Assembly: GCA_030649345.1 (NCBI GenBank)
Contig: JAUSKK010000038.1
Coordinates: forward strand, 30,001 to 62,000
DNA from: Candidatus Iainarchaeum sp.
GTDB lineage: Archaea; Iainarchaeota; Iainarchaeia; Iainarchaeales; 0-14-0-20-34-12
Length of the DNA stretch: 32,000 nt
Direction: 5' to 3'
The notes beneath the pieces were generated by a model. That model did not search any database. It saw only the letters and a program-made list of their open reading frames with translations, and was not told the DNA's origin. Position 1 is the first letter of the stretch. Each line of letters starts with the position of its first letter. The position numbers and the translations under genes are program-made. Below are positions 1 to 8,701 of the stretch, in pieces.

Positions 1-507
1 TCGTATGGTGTGGATCAATTCACTAATTTTTCAGGAACTTTTATTAAACCCAGTTTGCCAGTGCTTTCAGTTAATTATGTTGTTTCAGAAGAACTGGTTG
101 TAGGTCAGGATAATTTATTGGAATTAAAGTTTCAAAATTTATCCGATCAATATTTGGCGAATTTAGACTTTCAATTGGTTTCATTTAAAGAAGTGGATTT
201 GAATGTAAATTCTGGTTTTTTGACAACTGTGCTGCCTTTGAGTACAAACAGTGTGCATGTTTCTGTGAATCCAGCGCCTTCGATTGAACGAGGCTTGCAT
301 ACTTTGTTGGCTCGTGTTTCGTTTTCAGACAGCTTAGGTTTGCATGTTTTGGAAAAAACCATTTCATTTACTGTAAAAGACAAACTCACGAATTGGATTT
401 ATTTGCCGGCCATTGGTTTGATTTTAGTTTTGATTGCTTTTGTTTTAAAGAAAAAGTTTTCTAAAAAAGAAACACTTTCTGAAGCAAGTTCTAACCAGCA
501 TGAATAA
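1..507 (+). CDS. C-terminal part of a membrane-anchored surface protein (5' end outside window)
   Basis: Frame 1 is open from base 1, with no stop before the GTG listed at 10, so the gene probably starts upstream of the window. A beta-rich Ser/Val/Asn-rich region is followed by the hydrophobic helix 'YLPAIGLILVLIAFVL' and then 'KKKFSKK', a C-terminal anchor. Confidence 0.6.
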   Translation, partial: SYGVDQFTNFSGTFIKPSLPVLSVNYVVSEELVVGQDNLLELKFQNLSDQYLANLDFQLVSFKEVDLNVNSGFLTTVLPLSTNSVHVSVNPAPSIERGLHTLLARVSFSDSLGLHVLEKTISFTVKDKLTNWIYLPAIGLILVLIAFVLKKKFSKKETLSEASSNQHE

Positions 508-522
508 GGTTCTGAATGGATA

Positions 523-1665
523 TTAAAAGTATAGTTCAATAATGTCTTTATTTTGCAAAACATATTCTTTTCCAACTTTTTGTCCTTCGAATTTAGCACT
601 GCCCCAGACTTTGGCAAATTTTAAGTTTTGTGCAATTTCTTTGTGGACAACTTTGGCCGCATATTCGACTGTACTTCCAATAGGCACTGCCAATGGAAGT
701 TTGGCTGCATCGTCCCCTGGTCTTTTGGTGTAAATTAATATTTTTTCCAGTAATTCAAATAATTGATCTCCGAGTTTTATTTTGGTTTCAGAATCAAATT
801 GAGTTAATTCAATAACTTGTGTTTTTTTCCGCAATTTTTGTAATTCTTCCAGATTGGTTGTTTTATGCGTTAAAACAAAAATGCCTGCTTTTTTGTAAAC
901 AAGTTTTTCATTCAAGACTTCCAATACTTGTTCTTTTCCAATTTTTTCTTCAATTATGACTGTACAGTTTTGATACCCGTTTTGTTTAAGCAATACTTGG
1001 AATTCTTCTAAAGGCAAGCGCAAGTTTTCTTTTCCGGAAATAACCATTCCTTTAAATTCTGATTTTTGGAGTTTAAGTTTTGGTTTTATGGAATTAATTT
1101 TAATGTCAGAGTTTTCTAGTTCACTTTTTAATAATTCATATTCTCGCAATGGGCTTTCTGAATTTAGAATTATGGCCAAGGCGTCTGAGTTTCGTACAAT
1201 GCTTAACAATTCATTTCCTTGAAATTTTCCAGTACTGCTGCCTTTGACTATGGGCGGAACTTCTACCAATTGAATTAATGCTTCATGGTAGTTTAACATT
1301 CCAATTTCAGGCTTAGTGGTTGTGTAAGGATAGCTGGCAATTTCTACATTGGCATTGGTTAATTCTTTTAAGAAAGTGCTTTTTCCTGAATTCGGCAAGC
1401 CAATAATGGTGATTTGTCCGGAGCCTTCTTTTTTGACAGATAATGACTGAGAACTTGTTTTTTTGTTTTGTTCTTGCCGTTTGTCAATTTCTTCTTTGGT
1501 TTTTTTAATTCTTTTATTGAGTTCTGAAGTTAGTGTTTCAGTTCCTTTGTGTTTAGGCACAGCTTTCAGCATTTCATACAATGCAGCTAAACGTTCGTCT
1601 GCGCTTTTGGCTATGCCGAATTTTCTTTCTGCTTCAAAATATTCGTGTCCTGCATTAACTGGCAT
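523..1665 (-). CDS. DRG/Rbg-family (Obg-like) GTP-binding protein with C-terminal TGS domain
   Basis: 380-aa ORF with P-loop 'GLPNSGKST', G2 region 'YPYTTT' and a C-terminal TGS-like segment 'ILIYTKRPG...KVWG...GQKVGKEYVLQNKDIIEL'. It is colinear with archaeal/eukaryal DRG proteins. The G3 and G4 motifs are non-canonical (see findings). Confidence 0.85.
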   Translation of the reverse strand: MPVNAGHEYFEAERKFGIAKSADERLAALYEMLKAVPKHKGTETLTSELNKRIKKTKEEIDKRQEQNKKTSSQSLSVKKEGSGQITIIGLPNSGKSTFLKELTNANVEIASYPYTTTKPEIGMLNYHEALIQLVEVPPIVKGSSTGKFQGNELLSIVRNSDALAIILNSESPLREYELLKSELENSDIKINSIKPKLKLQKSEFKGMVISGKENLRLPLEEFQVLLKQNGYQNCTVIIEEKIGKEQVLEVLNEKLVYKKAGIFVLTHKTTNLEELQKLRKKTQVIELTQFDSETKIKLGDQLFELLEKILIYTKRPGDDAAKLPLAVPIGSTVEYAAKVVHKEIAQNLKFAKVWGSAKFEGQKVGKEYVLQNKDIIELYF

Positions 1666-1686
1666 ACTCTAGAATTAGAATGAAAA

Positions 1687-1697
1687 CAATTTTAAAC
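1687..1697 (-). promoter_or_regulatory. TATA-like A/T box for the DRG gene
   Basis: Minus-strand 'gtttaaaattg' is centred about 27 nt upstream of the start codon at 1665. Many genes in this window show the same spacing. Confidence 0.45.
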
Positions 1698-2440
1698 TAG
1701 ATTTTTCCGTTTTTTATTTTTTCCTGGGTTTCTGTGCTGGTTAATATTTCGTCTAATTCTTGTGCTAAACTGGCTCCGCCAAAAAGTACATATGGGTCTT
1801 TGCTGAGTTCTTGGATTTGGCGGCGGGCATTTTCTCGAAATTGAGCAATGGCTGTTTTGGATAATTGAGTTGAAGAAAGCAAACTAAGCACTGCATAGGT
1901 TTTTCCTAAATTGTATCTTGTGTGCACGCTTACTTCAAATGCTGGGCCCTTGGTTAATCCGGATCGTTCGGCTGCTTGAATTTGTGTTTTTTGTTCATTT
2001 AGCCAGGGTTGCATGCCTTGAATTAATTTTGCTACTGTTTTAGGGTGTTCTGATTGAATTGCCAATGCAGCTCGTGCTAAAAATAATCCCCGTTTTCCAG
2101 CGATAATAGGTTCTGGAACTTTTGAAATATATTGTGTTCCAATTAGTTCGTTTGCAAATCGTAAAATTTCAGAAACATCGCCTTGCTTGCCTAACCAATG
2201 TCCTGCTAAATCTGCATTTCCTTGGGTTAACAAACTCATAGCTCGTACTGTAAAGCCCCGCATGCTTCGAACAGTGCCAGTAGATTTTCGTGCAGGCAAA
2301 CCGTGTTTGGGAGTTTTTCCTTTTTGTCCTCCGCCTTCAGGTCCAAATTTTGTTTTTTTAAAATGTTTTAACAATCTTCGTTTTCGTCCAGTGGCCAGTG
2401 CTGCGCGAATTCTTCTAGCCATTCTTAACTTGAACACCAT
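1697..2440 (-). CDS. orphan protein with Arg/Lys-rich N-terminal tail (all-alpha body)
   Basis: 247-aa ORF with an ATG start. N-terminus is 'MVFKLRMARRIRAALATGRKRRLLKHFKKTKFGPEGGGQKGKTPKHGLPARK'. I recognise no family. It has its own A/T box about 26 nt upstream. Confidence 0.6.
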   Translation of the reverse strand: MVFKLRMARRIRAALATGRKRRLLKHFKKTKFGPEGGGQKGKTPKHGLPARKSTGTVRSMRGFTVRAMSLLTQGNADLAGHWLGKQGDVSEILRFANELIGTQYISKVPEPIIAGKRGLFLARAALAIQSEHPKTVAKLIQGMQPWLNEQKTQIQAAERSGLTKGPAFEVSVHTRYNLGKTYAVLSLLSSTQLSKTAIAQFRENARRQIQELSKDPYVLFGGASLAQELDEILTSTETQEKIKNGKI

Positions 2441-2462
2441 ACACTAGAAGGTATTCAATCAA

Positions 2463-2470
2463 CTATATTA
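2463..2470 (-). promoter_or_regulatory. TATA-like A/T box for ORF 1697-2440
   Basis: Minus-strand 'taatatag' is centred about 26.5 nt upstream of the ATG at 2440. Confidence 0.4.
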
Positions 2471-2514
2471 GCTTTGCGTTAAACTATTTTAAAATTAGTT
2501 TTTTTATGAATTTA

Positions 2515-3105
2515 TTATTTGTTTGCTGAAATTTTCCATACTTGTAATTCCTCAAACCAAATTTTTTCTTTGGCAATAATTTGAAACGAAAAATTCAGTT
2601 GAGCTAATTTTTTTTCAGTTTCTTTAACTCCATTTAAATTGGATTGCAAAAAATAGCACGATCCTTTTGGGTTTAAATAATTCGGTACTTGTTTTAAGAA
2701 TTTGTCTAAAATTTGTCTTCCTTTTTTTCCGCCGTCAATTTCCGGGATGGCTAAAGAATGACTTTCTACGTAAGGCGGGTTGAATACAATAGTGTCAAAT
2801 TTTTCTGTGATTGAAATTTTTTCAAATAAATTCGAATGAATCAATTTTAGGTTTTTTTTAAACCCTAAAGCATAAGCACATAATTCTGTATTTTTTAATG
2901 CAACTTCATTTACGTCTGCAGCTGTAGCTTGAGCTCCTTGCAGTAAAACATTGATGGTTTGAATGCCTGAACCACAGCCCATGTCTAAGGTTGTTTCTCC
3001 TTTTTGAATTTTTACTGTCTTGGCTAGCAAATATGAGTCTTCTCTGGGTTCGTATAAGGAATCCAGTAAAGGTAATTGTTTGTCTTTGAAAAAATAGTAT
3101 TTCAT
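2515..3105 (-). CDS. HemK-related / Mtq2-like SAM-dependent (glutamine-N5) methyltransferase
   Basis: 196 aa. N-terminal 'LYEPREDSYLL', SAM-binding 'LDMGCGSGIQ' and catalytic 'FNPPYV' (NPPY) motif, typical of the short archaeal HemK-like methylases. Confidence 0.85.
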   Translation of the reverse strand: MKYYFFKDKQLPLLDSLYEPREDSYLLAKTVKIQKGETTLDMGCGSGIQTINVLLQGAQATAADVNEVALKNTELCAYALGFKKNLKLIHSNLFEKISITEKFDTIVFNPPYVESHSLAIPEIDGGKKGRQILDKFLKQVPNYLNPKGSCYFLQSNLNGVKETEKKLAQLNFSFQIIAKEKIWFEELQVWKISANK

Positions 3106-3208
3106 ATATTCACTGTTTAATTAATTGTTAATAAAAAACAAATTTAAATATGTGTTTTTTCAAAGCTATTTAATTTAGTTTTTGAAACTGCCAATCATGT
3201 TGTAGAAA

Positions 3209-4141
3209 TTAAATTCGAAATGCAGAACGAACCAACTCAGGCAGGATATTGCGCATTCTATTCATTAATTCTTCAGTTTCAGGTACTGTCTTTCCAATGA
3301 TTCCAGCTGTTTGTATTGCGGTTCTTTTTTTAAGCACACATCGCAGTATTAGAGTGCCAGTAGATCCTAACTTTTTTGGAATTAATGCGTTTACTTGTTT
3401 AAAGGTTTTTTCTGTTAATGGTACAGGCCGTCGTTTTTTAGCCCAATATTTTTTGGCACGCGAAAGCAATCGTGCATATTCGCCGGTCTTTAATACTTCC
3501 GAGTAATCAAAACCCAGTGAAGTTAATGCTGTTTTATAATTAGGGTATCTTAATTTCAATCGAGCCCATAATTGCGGGTGAAATTTTTGTATGCGCTGGC
3601 CATAAATTGTTCCTTCTTGTTCGCGGATATGCTGAAGTAAAGTTCGATCTCGTTCATCCCTGTTTTTTTTGGCTTGTGTGCGGATTTCAGAATACGCGCG
3701 TTCCAATTCTAAATTACGTGCCAGTCGTTTTAAGGGTGCGCGTGCATCCACTCTGTTTTTTTTATATTTTTCGGGAAAAATTGCATGTGCAATAATGCTC
3801 CAGCCATCTTCTTTGGTTATATTTTCTTGTATTAATTTTTCCAATGACTCTGCAGAGACGGCTAACTTGTGTGTTCGAATAAATCGGTTAAGAAAATATT
3901 GCCGTTTTTGATCTGCAGTTAAATGAGTTCGGAATATTTTACGCAGTGTTTCCGGCCGCAGTCCTTTAGAAATTCGAGTGCTGATTTCATGTTCTGTTAA
4001 TCCTTGAGCACGCAATTCACAAGCTTCTGCAGCTGCTTGTTGAATGCGCTTCAGTCGTGCCTGCAGATTGGCTTGAAATCCAGCAGGAATTGTTCCTTTT
4101 TTACTGACAATCCAGGTTGCACGGTTTCCGAATTTTCGCAT
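3209..4141 (-). CDS. orphan Arg-rich protein with HTH-like segments
   Basis: 310-aa ORF with an ATG start. It is rich in Arg. HTH-like stretches include 'GLTEHEISTRISKGLRPETLRKIF' and 'RTAIQTAGIIGKTVPETEELMNRM'. No family recognised. Confidence 0.6.
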   Translation of the reverse strand: MRKFGNRATWIVSKKGTIPAGFQANLQARLKRIQQAAAEACELRAQGLTEHEISTRISKGLRPETLRKIFRTHLTADQKRQYFLNRFIRTHKLAVSAESLEKLIQENITKEDGWSIIAHAIFPEKYKKNRVDARAPLKRLARNLELERAYSEIRTQAKKNRDERDRTLLQHIREQEGTIYGQRIQKFHPQLWARLKLRYPNYKTALTSLGFDYSEVLKTGEYARLLSRAKKYWAKKRRPVPLTEKTFKQVNALIPKKLGSTGTLILRCVLKKRTAIQTAGIIGKTVPETEELMNRMRNILPELVRSAFRI

Positions 4142-4167
4142 AGGTATGCTAATTTTACGAACGAATG

Positions 4168-4177
4168 TATATAAATT
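4168..4177 (+). promoter_or_regulatory. TATA-like box upstream of glyA (possibly shared with divergent ORF 3209-4141)
   Basis: 'tatataaatt' is centred about 26 nt upstream of the ATG at 4198 and lies in the 56-nt divergent intergenic region. Confidence 0.45.
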
Positions 4178-4197
4178 ATTTGGAGTTCAATTTTTGC

Positions 4198-5460
4198 ATG
4201 TCTTCTAAATTATATGAAACTCATTTGAATGCCATTCAATCTTTTGATCCTGTATTGTCTGATTTGTTGGTGAAAGAAAAACAACGTCAAATGAATGGCT
4301 TGGAATTAATTCCTTCCGAAAATTTAGTTTCACAGGCAGTATTGGAAGCCATGGGTTCTGTTGCAACCAACAAATATGCAGAAGGTTATCCTGGTAAACG
4401 TTATTATGGTGGCAATGAATTTATTGATCAAATTGAACAATTAGCTATTGATCGAGCCAAGCAATTGTTTGGTGCAGAGCATGTAAATGTACAGCCCAAT
4501 TCAGGTAGTCCAGCCAATATGGCGGTATATTTTGCTTTAATGCAGCCTGGCGATACTTTTATGGGAATGCGTTTAGACATGGGCGGCCATTTAACGCATG
4601 GACATCCAGTTAATTTTTCTGGAAAATTATACAAATGCATTCAATATCCTGTAGATCCAAAAACAGAATTATTGGATTATGACTTAATTCGAAAAATGGC
4701 TTTAGAACATAAACCTAAAATTTTACTTTCTGGTTTTACTGCTTATCCCCGTGTCATTGATTTTAAAATTTTTCGTGAAATTGCAGACGAAGTTGGTGCA
4801 ATTTGTATGGCGGATATTGCACATATTGCTGGCTTGTGTGCTGTAAATGTTCATGAAAATCCTGTGCCTTATTTTGATGTAGTTACCACCACAACGCATA
4901 AAACATTAAGAGGCCCGAGAAGTGCCATTATTATGTGCAAAGAAAAATTTGGGGCAGCAATTGACAAGGCAATTTTTCCAGGATTGCAAGGCGGACCACA
5001 TGAACACATTATTGCAGGAAAAGCAGTTGCTTTCAAAGAAGCATTGCAGCCTGAATTCAAAAATTATGCTCAGCAAATTGTAAAAAATGCCAAAACTTTA
5101 GCCGATGAATTAACCAGTTTAGGTTTGCGTTTAGTTACTGGCGGAACAGACAATCATTTATTGTTGGTTGATTTAACTTCGAAAGGAATTTCTGGAAAAG
5201 AAGCAGAACATGCTTTGGATTCGATTGGAATTTATGTTAATAAAAATGCAATTCCTTATGATTCCAGAAAACCATTTGATCCTTCCGGTATTCGTTTAGG
5301 CACTCCAGTTTTAACCACTCGAGGCATGAAAGAATCAGAAATGAAAGAAGTTGCACGCTTGATTGTAAAAGCATTGGATTTGCATAAAGATTCTGAAAAA
5401 TTAAAAACTGTTCAATCTGAAGTTTTAGAATTATGCCAGCAATTTCCATTCTATAAATAA
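4198..5460 (+). CDS. glyA: serine hydroxymethyltransferase
   Basis: Full-length colinear SHMT with '[11 protein letters not shown]', '[10 protein letters not shown]' and the PLP-lysine motif '[12 protein letters not shown]'. I prefer the ATG at 4198 ('[10 protein letters not shown]') over the ATG at 4165 that opens the track ORF. The extra 11 residues '[11 protein letters not shown]' have no counterpart in SHMTs, and the A/T box spacing fits 4198. Confidence 0.95.
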   Translation: MSSKLYETHLNAIQSFDPVLSDLLVKEKQRQMNGLELIPSENLVSQAVLEAMGSVATNKYAEGYPGKRYYGGNEFIDQIEQLAIDRAKQLFGAEHVNVQPNSGSPANMAVYFALMQPGDTFMGMRLDMGGHLTHGHPVNFSGKLYKCIQYPVDPKTELLDYDLIRKMALEHKPKILLSGFTAYPRVIDFKIFREIADEVGAICMADIAHIAGLCAVNVHENPVPYFDVVTTTTHKTLRGPRSAIIMCKEKFGAAIDKAIFPGLQGGPHEHIIAGKAVAFKEALQPEFKNYAQQIVKNAKTLADELTSLGLRLVTGGTDNHLLLVDLTSKGISGKEAEHALDSIGIYVNKNAIPYDSRKPFDPSGIRLGTPVLTTRGMKESEMKEVARLIVKALDLHKDSEKLKTVQSEVLELCQQFPFYK

Positions 5461-5470
5461 TTAATTTTTT

Positions 5471-6328
5471 TTATTCTATTACGCTGGCCACAATTTTTTT
5501 GAATACTTCCCAAGGTCTTTTGTCTGGGCCTAAATAGGTTGCTCGTTTTAATTCAGTTTCTGCTTGCAGGACTGCACTTAATGCATGGGCATGCATTTCA
5601 CGGTATCTATACAATGTTCGTGCATTGTGTTCTGTTTCCGGTAAACTGGCATTAATTAATGCTCGGGTTGTTTTGTAAATTTCTGCATGAATAATTCCAG
5701 CGCCTTGCATGATTCGCATTCGATCTAGTCTATCTGGGCCTAAATTTACGACTGAAACAAACATGGCTTTGTCGGCAACAGCTTTGGCTTTCTGCAATAA
5801 TTTTTCAGTAATTTCATTGGCATGTTGTCGATCTAAAAAATGATTTTGAATGGTTCCTCTGGCTGCGTCATTGAATAAAACTCCTAAATGAATTACATGT
5901 GAACCTGTAAATGTTTCCCGTGTTTTTTCAGTTTGTTCTCGTAAAATTCGTTTAATCTCTTTCCATTCTCCGGCTTTTGCAAAATGAAAAATAGCATCTC
6001 TGGGTTGTCCTGTGTGTTCAGCTTTTTTGGCTTCTGTGATGGCAGTTCGAATTTGGTCTTTTTTTTCTTTTTGCTTTCTTTGTTCGGTTTCATTTAATTT
6101 TTCTTTTCCTAGCAATCCAACTTCACTGGTTTCTACGCGTGTGAACTGTTTTCGTAGTTCTGGAGGTGTTCGTTCCCAGGATCCAATGGCTCCTAAAATT
6201 GTTTCTCGAATTTCTCTGCGTTCTCCTGGCTTAGGTGTAGGAGTTCGAAATAATCCAGTGGTTTTTCGAACTCGTTCAAATGTTTTTGCCAACAAACGAG
6301 TTTTTGCAGGTCTGGGTGTTTTGGGCAT
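5471..6328 (-). CDS. orphan protein with basic Pro/Arg-rich N-terminal tail
   Basis: 285-aa ORF opening 'MPKTPRPAKTRLLAKTFERVRKTTGLFRTPTPKPGERRE'. It starts 3 nt after the stop of ORF 6332-7024, so the two are probably an operon. It shares a motif with ORF 8702-9439 (see findings). Confidence 0.6.
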   Translation of the reverse strand: MPKTPRPAKTRLLAKTFERVRKTTGLFRTPTPKPGERREIRETILGAIGSWERTPPELRKQFTRVETSEVGLLGKEKLNETEQRKQKEKKDQIRTAITEAKKAEHTGQPRDAIFHFAKAGEWKEIKRILREQTEKTRETFTGSHVIHLGVLFNDAARGTIQNHFLDRQHANEITEKLLQKAKAVADKAMFVSVVNLGPDRLDRMRIMQGAGIIHAEIYKTTRALINASLPETEHNARTLYRYREMHAHALSAVLQAETELKRATYLGPDKRPWEVFKKIVASVIE

Positions 6329-6331
6329 TTT

Positions 6332-7024
6332 TTATTCTCCGTGAAATCTTTGCAATGCTTCATCTACAGCATCGGCTAAATTGTCTGCGCGCAAAATTAT
6401 TGAAATTGCTCTTCCTTCTTCCATTCCTGCAATTTTAATTAGTTCTCGATTTATGGTTAAGGCTGTTTGTTCATAGGATTTTATTTCCGGAAATGCTCTG
6501 GCTAAAGTTGCATACATAATAGCAGTTCCATAAATTTCATTGGTTGTTGCTTGCCGTGCTCTGACTTTTCTGTACAAAGTTCCTGCAATGGTTCCAGCTG
6601 TGTCTTGGAGTCTTCGAATTTTTTCTAGTTTAGTTGCAGCAGCTGCTTCGTTTTCTGGAAACCATTCTTTTAATCCGATTGCAGCTACTGCAGTAAAGCA
6701 GCCACGCATAATATTCAAGCCTTCTGGTTTAGCGTGCGGAAAAATAGTTTGAAGATGATGGTCTTTGAGTCTTTCTTCAATTAAATCTGGTTCTCCTAAA
6801 CTGCCCATTAATCGCATGGCTTTTCCTACTTTTCTTTGTCGAATGTGAATTTCAGCACTGTCAATAATATTGCCTAAAGTTCTTGTTCCAATTCCTATTC
6901 CAGCTGCCCGCATAGTAGTTGTTCCAGTTCCTGGCTTGTAAGCAGGTTCAATTGGTTTTCCAGCTGGTTTTCTTTTGGGTAAAAATCTTTCCAGAAATCC
7001 TGGTCTTCTAGGCGGTTTAAGCAT
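6332..7024 (-). CDS. orphan protein with basic Pro/Arg-rich N-terminal tail
   Basis: 230-aa ORF opening 'MLKPPRRPGFLERFLPKRKPAGKPIEPAYKPGTGTTTMR'. The body is helical and Ala-rich. An A/T box lies about 26 nt upstream. Confidence 0.6.
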   Translation of the reverse strand: MLKPPRRPGFLERFLPKRKPAGKPIEPAYKPGTGTTTMRAAGIGIGTRTLGNIIDSAEIHIRQRKVGKAMRLMGSLGEPDLIEERLKDHHLQTIFPHAKPEGLNIMRGCFTAVAAIGLKEWFPENEAAAATKLEKIRRLQDTAGTIAGTLYRKVRARQATTNEIYGTAIMYATLARAFPEIKSYEQTALTINRELIKIAGMEEGRAISIILRADNLADAVDEALQRFHGE

Positions 7025-7045
7025 AGTTTCACGTGTTTTTTTGTA

Positions 7046-7055
7046 CTATATATAG
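7046..7055 (-). promoter_or_regulatory. TATA-like box for the 6332-7024 / 5471-6328 operon
   Basis: 'ctatatatag' is centred about 26.5 nt from the start codon at 7024. Confidence 0.45.
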
Positions 7056-7071
7056 TTTACTGCATTCCTTG

Positions 7072-7081
7072 TTTAAAATTA
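7072..7081 (+). promoter_or_regulatory. TATA-like box for the membrane-protein/folD unit
   Basis: 'tttaaaatta' is centred about 26.5 nt upstream of the ATG at 7103. Confidence 0.45.
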
Positions 7082-7102
7082 ACTCTTTACAGGTAATTAT
7101 AT

Positions 7103-7837
7103 ATGACTCATTTTTCTGCTTTTATTTTAACTGTATTGAACATACTTAGTTCTCTTTTTTTAGTAGTTGGATTTTTGTATCTTCGCCAAGTTTTTGCTAA
7201 AGCATATCAAGTAACCAAGCAAAAATCGCATGCCAACTGGCTGTATTTGTTTATGGTTTTGTTTTTGATTCGTCCTTTGGCTGATTTATACTTTCTAATC
7301 ACTGTAGATACTACTGTAACTGGCTCTATAGATATTTTCACTCGTTTTACAACCATTGCAGCTGCAGGTATTTTGGCTTTGATTTGTTTAGAGTTTAAAG
7401 ATTTAATTCAATTAAAATTAGCTAACTTGCAGTCCATTAAATTAACTGTTTTCTTTTTTGTTTTGATTTATTTGTCGGTTGGTTTTTTGTTTTTGCCAGT
7501 AGACATTTTTTTCACTGAATTGTTATTTTTGGTTTTGTATGGTTTGTTCTTTTTTTCAGCTTGGGTTGTGGCATCGTATGCTTCTTTGTTTGCCAGTGTC
7601 TTTCCTTTAAGCCAGACTTTGTATGGAATTGCAGTGATTTTATTGCTGGCTCCCATTATTCGAATGATTTTATTTTTAACCCATCCTTTGGATTCGTTTG
7701 CTACTTTTTCTTTTTTAGAATTCACCCGCTTGATTAGTTTGTTATTGACTTTAGCGATCTCTTTTTTATTGGTTGTATCCATGTATGTATTTAAGAAAGT
7801 CGTAATCGAACGAAGGCTTTCAAGTTCTTCTCAGTGA
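7103..7837 (+). CDS. polytopic (about 7-TM) membrane protein, function unknown
   Basis: 244 aa with about seven hydrophobic segments, for example 'FILTVLNILSSLFLVVGFLYL', 'WLYLFMVLFLIRPLADLYFLI' and 'LISLLLTLAISFLLVVSMYVF'. Its stop is 5 nt before the folD start. Confidence 0.65.
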   Translation: MTHFSAFILTVLNILSSLFLVVGFLYLRQVFAKAYQVTKQKSHANWLYLFMVLFLIRPLADLYFLITVDTTVTGSIDIFTRFTTIAAAGILALICLEFKDLIQLKLANLQSIKLTVFFFVLIYLSVGFLFLPVDIFFTELLFLVLYGLFFFSAWVVASYASLFASVFPLSQTLYGIAVILLLAPIIRMILFLTHPLDSFATFSFLEFTRLISLLLTLAISFLLVVSMYVFKKVVIERRLSSSSQ

Positions 7838-7842
7838 ATTGA

Positions 7843-8691
7843 ATGACTGCACATATTTTGGATGGAAAAAAACTTGCTTTAGAAATTGAACAACAAATTG
7901 CTTGTGAAGTTAATGAATCGAATTTTTCAATTAAACCTAAACTAGCCGTTATTTTGGTTGGAGAAAATTCAGCCAGCCAATTGTATGTTGAAAAAAAACA
8001 ATTGGCTTGTGTTCGTGTTGGTTTTGAAACCCAAAAGTTTGAATTGCCTTCAAGTATTTCAGAGCAAGAAGTTCTTGTTTTAATTCAAAAATTAAACCAA
8101 GATTCAAGTATTCATGGAATTTTGGTTCAATTGCCTTTGCCGGCTCAATTAAGCACAGAGCATGTCATGAATGCAATTTTGCCGATTAAAGATGTGGATG
8201 GTTTTAGTTCACACAATATTGGTCTGTTGGCGCATGGAAACGAATTTTTATTATCCGCAACAGCTCGTTCTGTTTTGCGTTTATTGGAAACCATTCCTTT
8301 GGATTTTAAAGGAAAACATTTTGTTATCGTAGGCCATACTTTGGTTGTTGCACGTCCTTTGGGTTTTGCTTTGGTGGCTAGAGATGCTACTGTAACGATT
8401 ACCAATAAGTTTACTCAAAATCTTTCAGACTTAACTCAAAAAGCAGATGTAATTGTTTCGGCTGTAGGAAAACCAAGTTTGATTACAAACGAAATGGTTA
8501 AAGAAAATGTAATTGCTGTAGATGTAGGCATTTCGAGAGTGAATAATAAAGTAGTGGGCGATTTAGATTTTGAAAATTTGAAAGAAAAAGCTTCGTATAT
8601 TACTCCAGTTCCAGGCGGTGTTGGGCCAGTGACTGTTTCGTGTTTATTGGAAAATACCTGGAATTCATTTAAAGTTCAAATGCAATTATAA
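7843..8691 (+). CDS. folD: bifunctional 5,10-methylene-THF dehydrogenase / 5,10-methenyl-THF cyclohydrolase
   Basis: 282 aa with 'ILDGKKLA', 'LAVILVGENSASQLYV', 'GILVQLPLP', 'KDVDGF' and 'ITPVPGGVGPVTV'. Classic FolD layout. Confidence 0.95.
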   Translation: MTAHILDGKKLALEIEQQIACEVNESNFSIKPKLAVILVGENSASQLYVEKKQLACVRVGFETQKFELPSSISEQEVLVLIQKLNQDSSIHGILVQLPLPAQLSTEHVMNAILPIKDVDGFSSHNIGLLAHGNEFLLSATARSVLRLLETIPLDFKGKHFVIVGHTLVVARPLGFALVARDATVTITNKFTQNLSDLTQKADVIVSAVGKPSLITNEMVKENVIAVDVGISRVNNKVVGDLDFENLKEKASYITPVPGGVGPVTVSCLLENTWNSFKVQMQL

Positions 8692-8701
8692 AAATAATTT
8701 T

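Noticed and set aside
542-1672. Plus-strand ORFs 542-733 and 1463-1672 inside the DRG gene
   Set aside because: They are antisense shadows of a conserved 380-aa GTPase gene.
2187-2447. Plus-strand ORFs antisense to the orphan genes (2187-2447, 3249-3506, 3607-3911, 6012-6344, 6540-6752, 8776-9009), raising the question of whether the orphans are called on the wrong strand
   Set aside because: The orphan frames are 3-5 times longer and uninterrupted. They begin at start codons with correctly spaced A/T boxes or coupled junctions and show paralogous motifs. The antisense ORFs are short and Cys/Phe/Leu-rich, as expected for shadows of Arg/Lys/Glu-rich genes.
4165-4197. Upstream ATG start for glyA
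   Set aside because: The 11 added residues ('[11 protein letters not shown]') have no counterpart in SHMTs. The start would also lie inside the TATA-like box, and the ATG at 4198 has the standard spacing of about 26 nt.
4428-5449. Minus-strand ORFs 4428-4640, 4869-5060 and 5237-5449 inside glyA
   Set aside because: They are antisense shadows within a full-length, motif-complete SHMT gene.
6332-7024. Basic N-termini as Tat or Sec signal peptides
   Set aside because: The Arg/Pro-rich tails are not followed by a hydrophobic h-region or a cleavage-site-like motif. The downstream sequence is polar and helical, so export signals of known types are unlikely.
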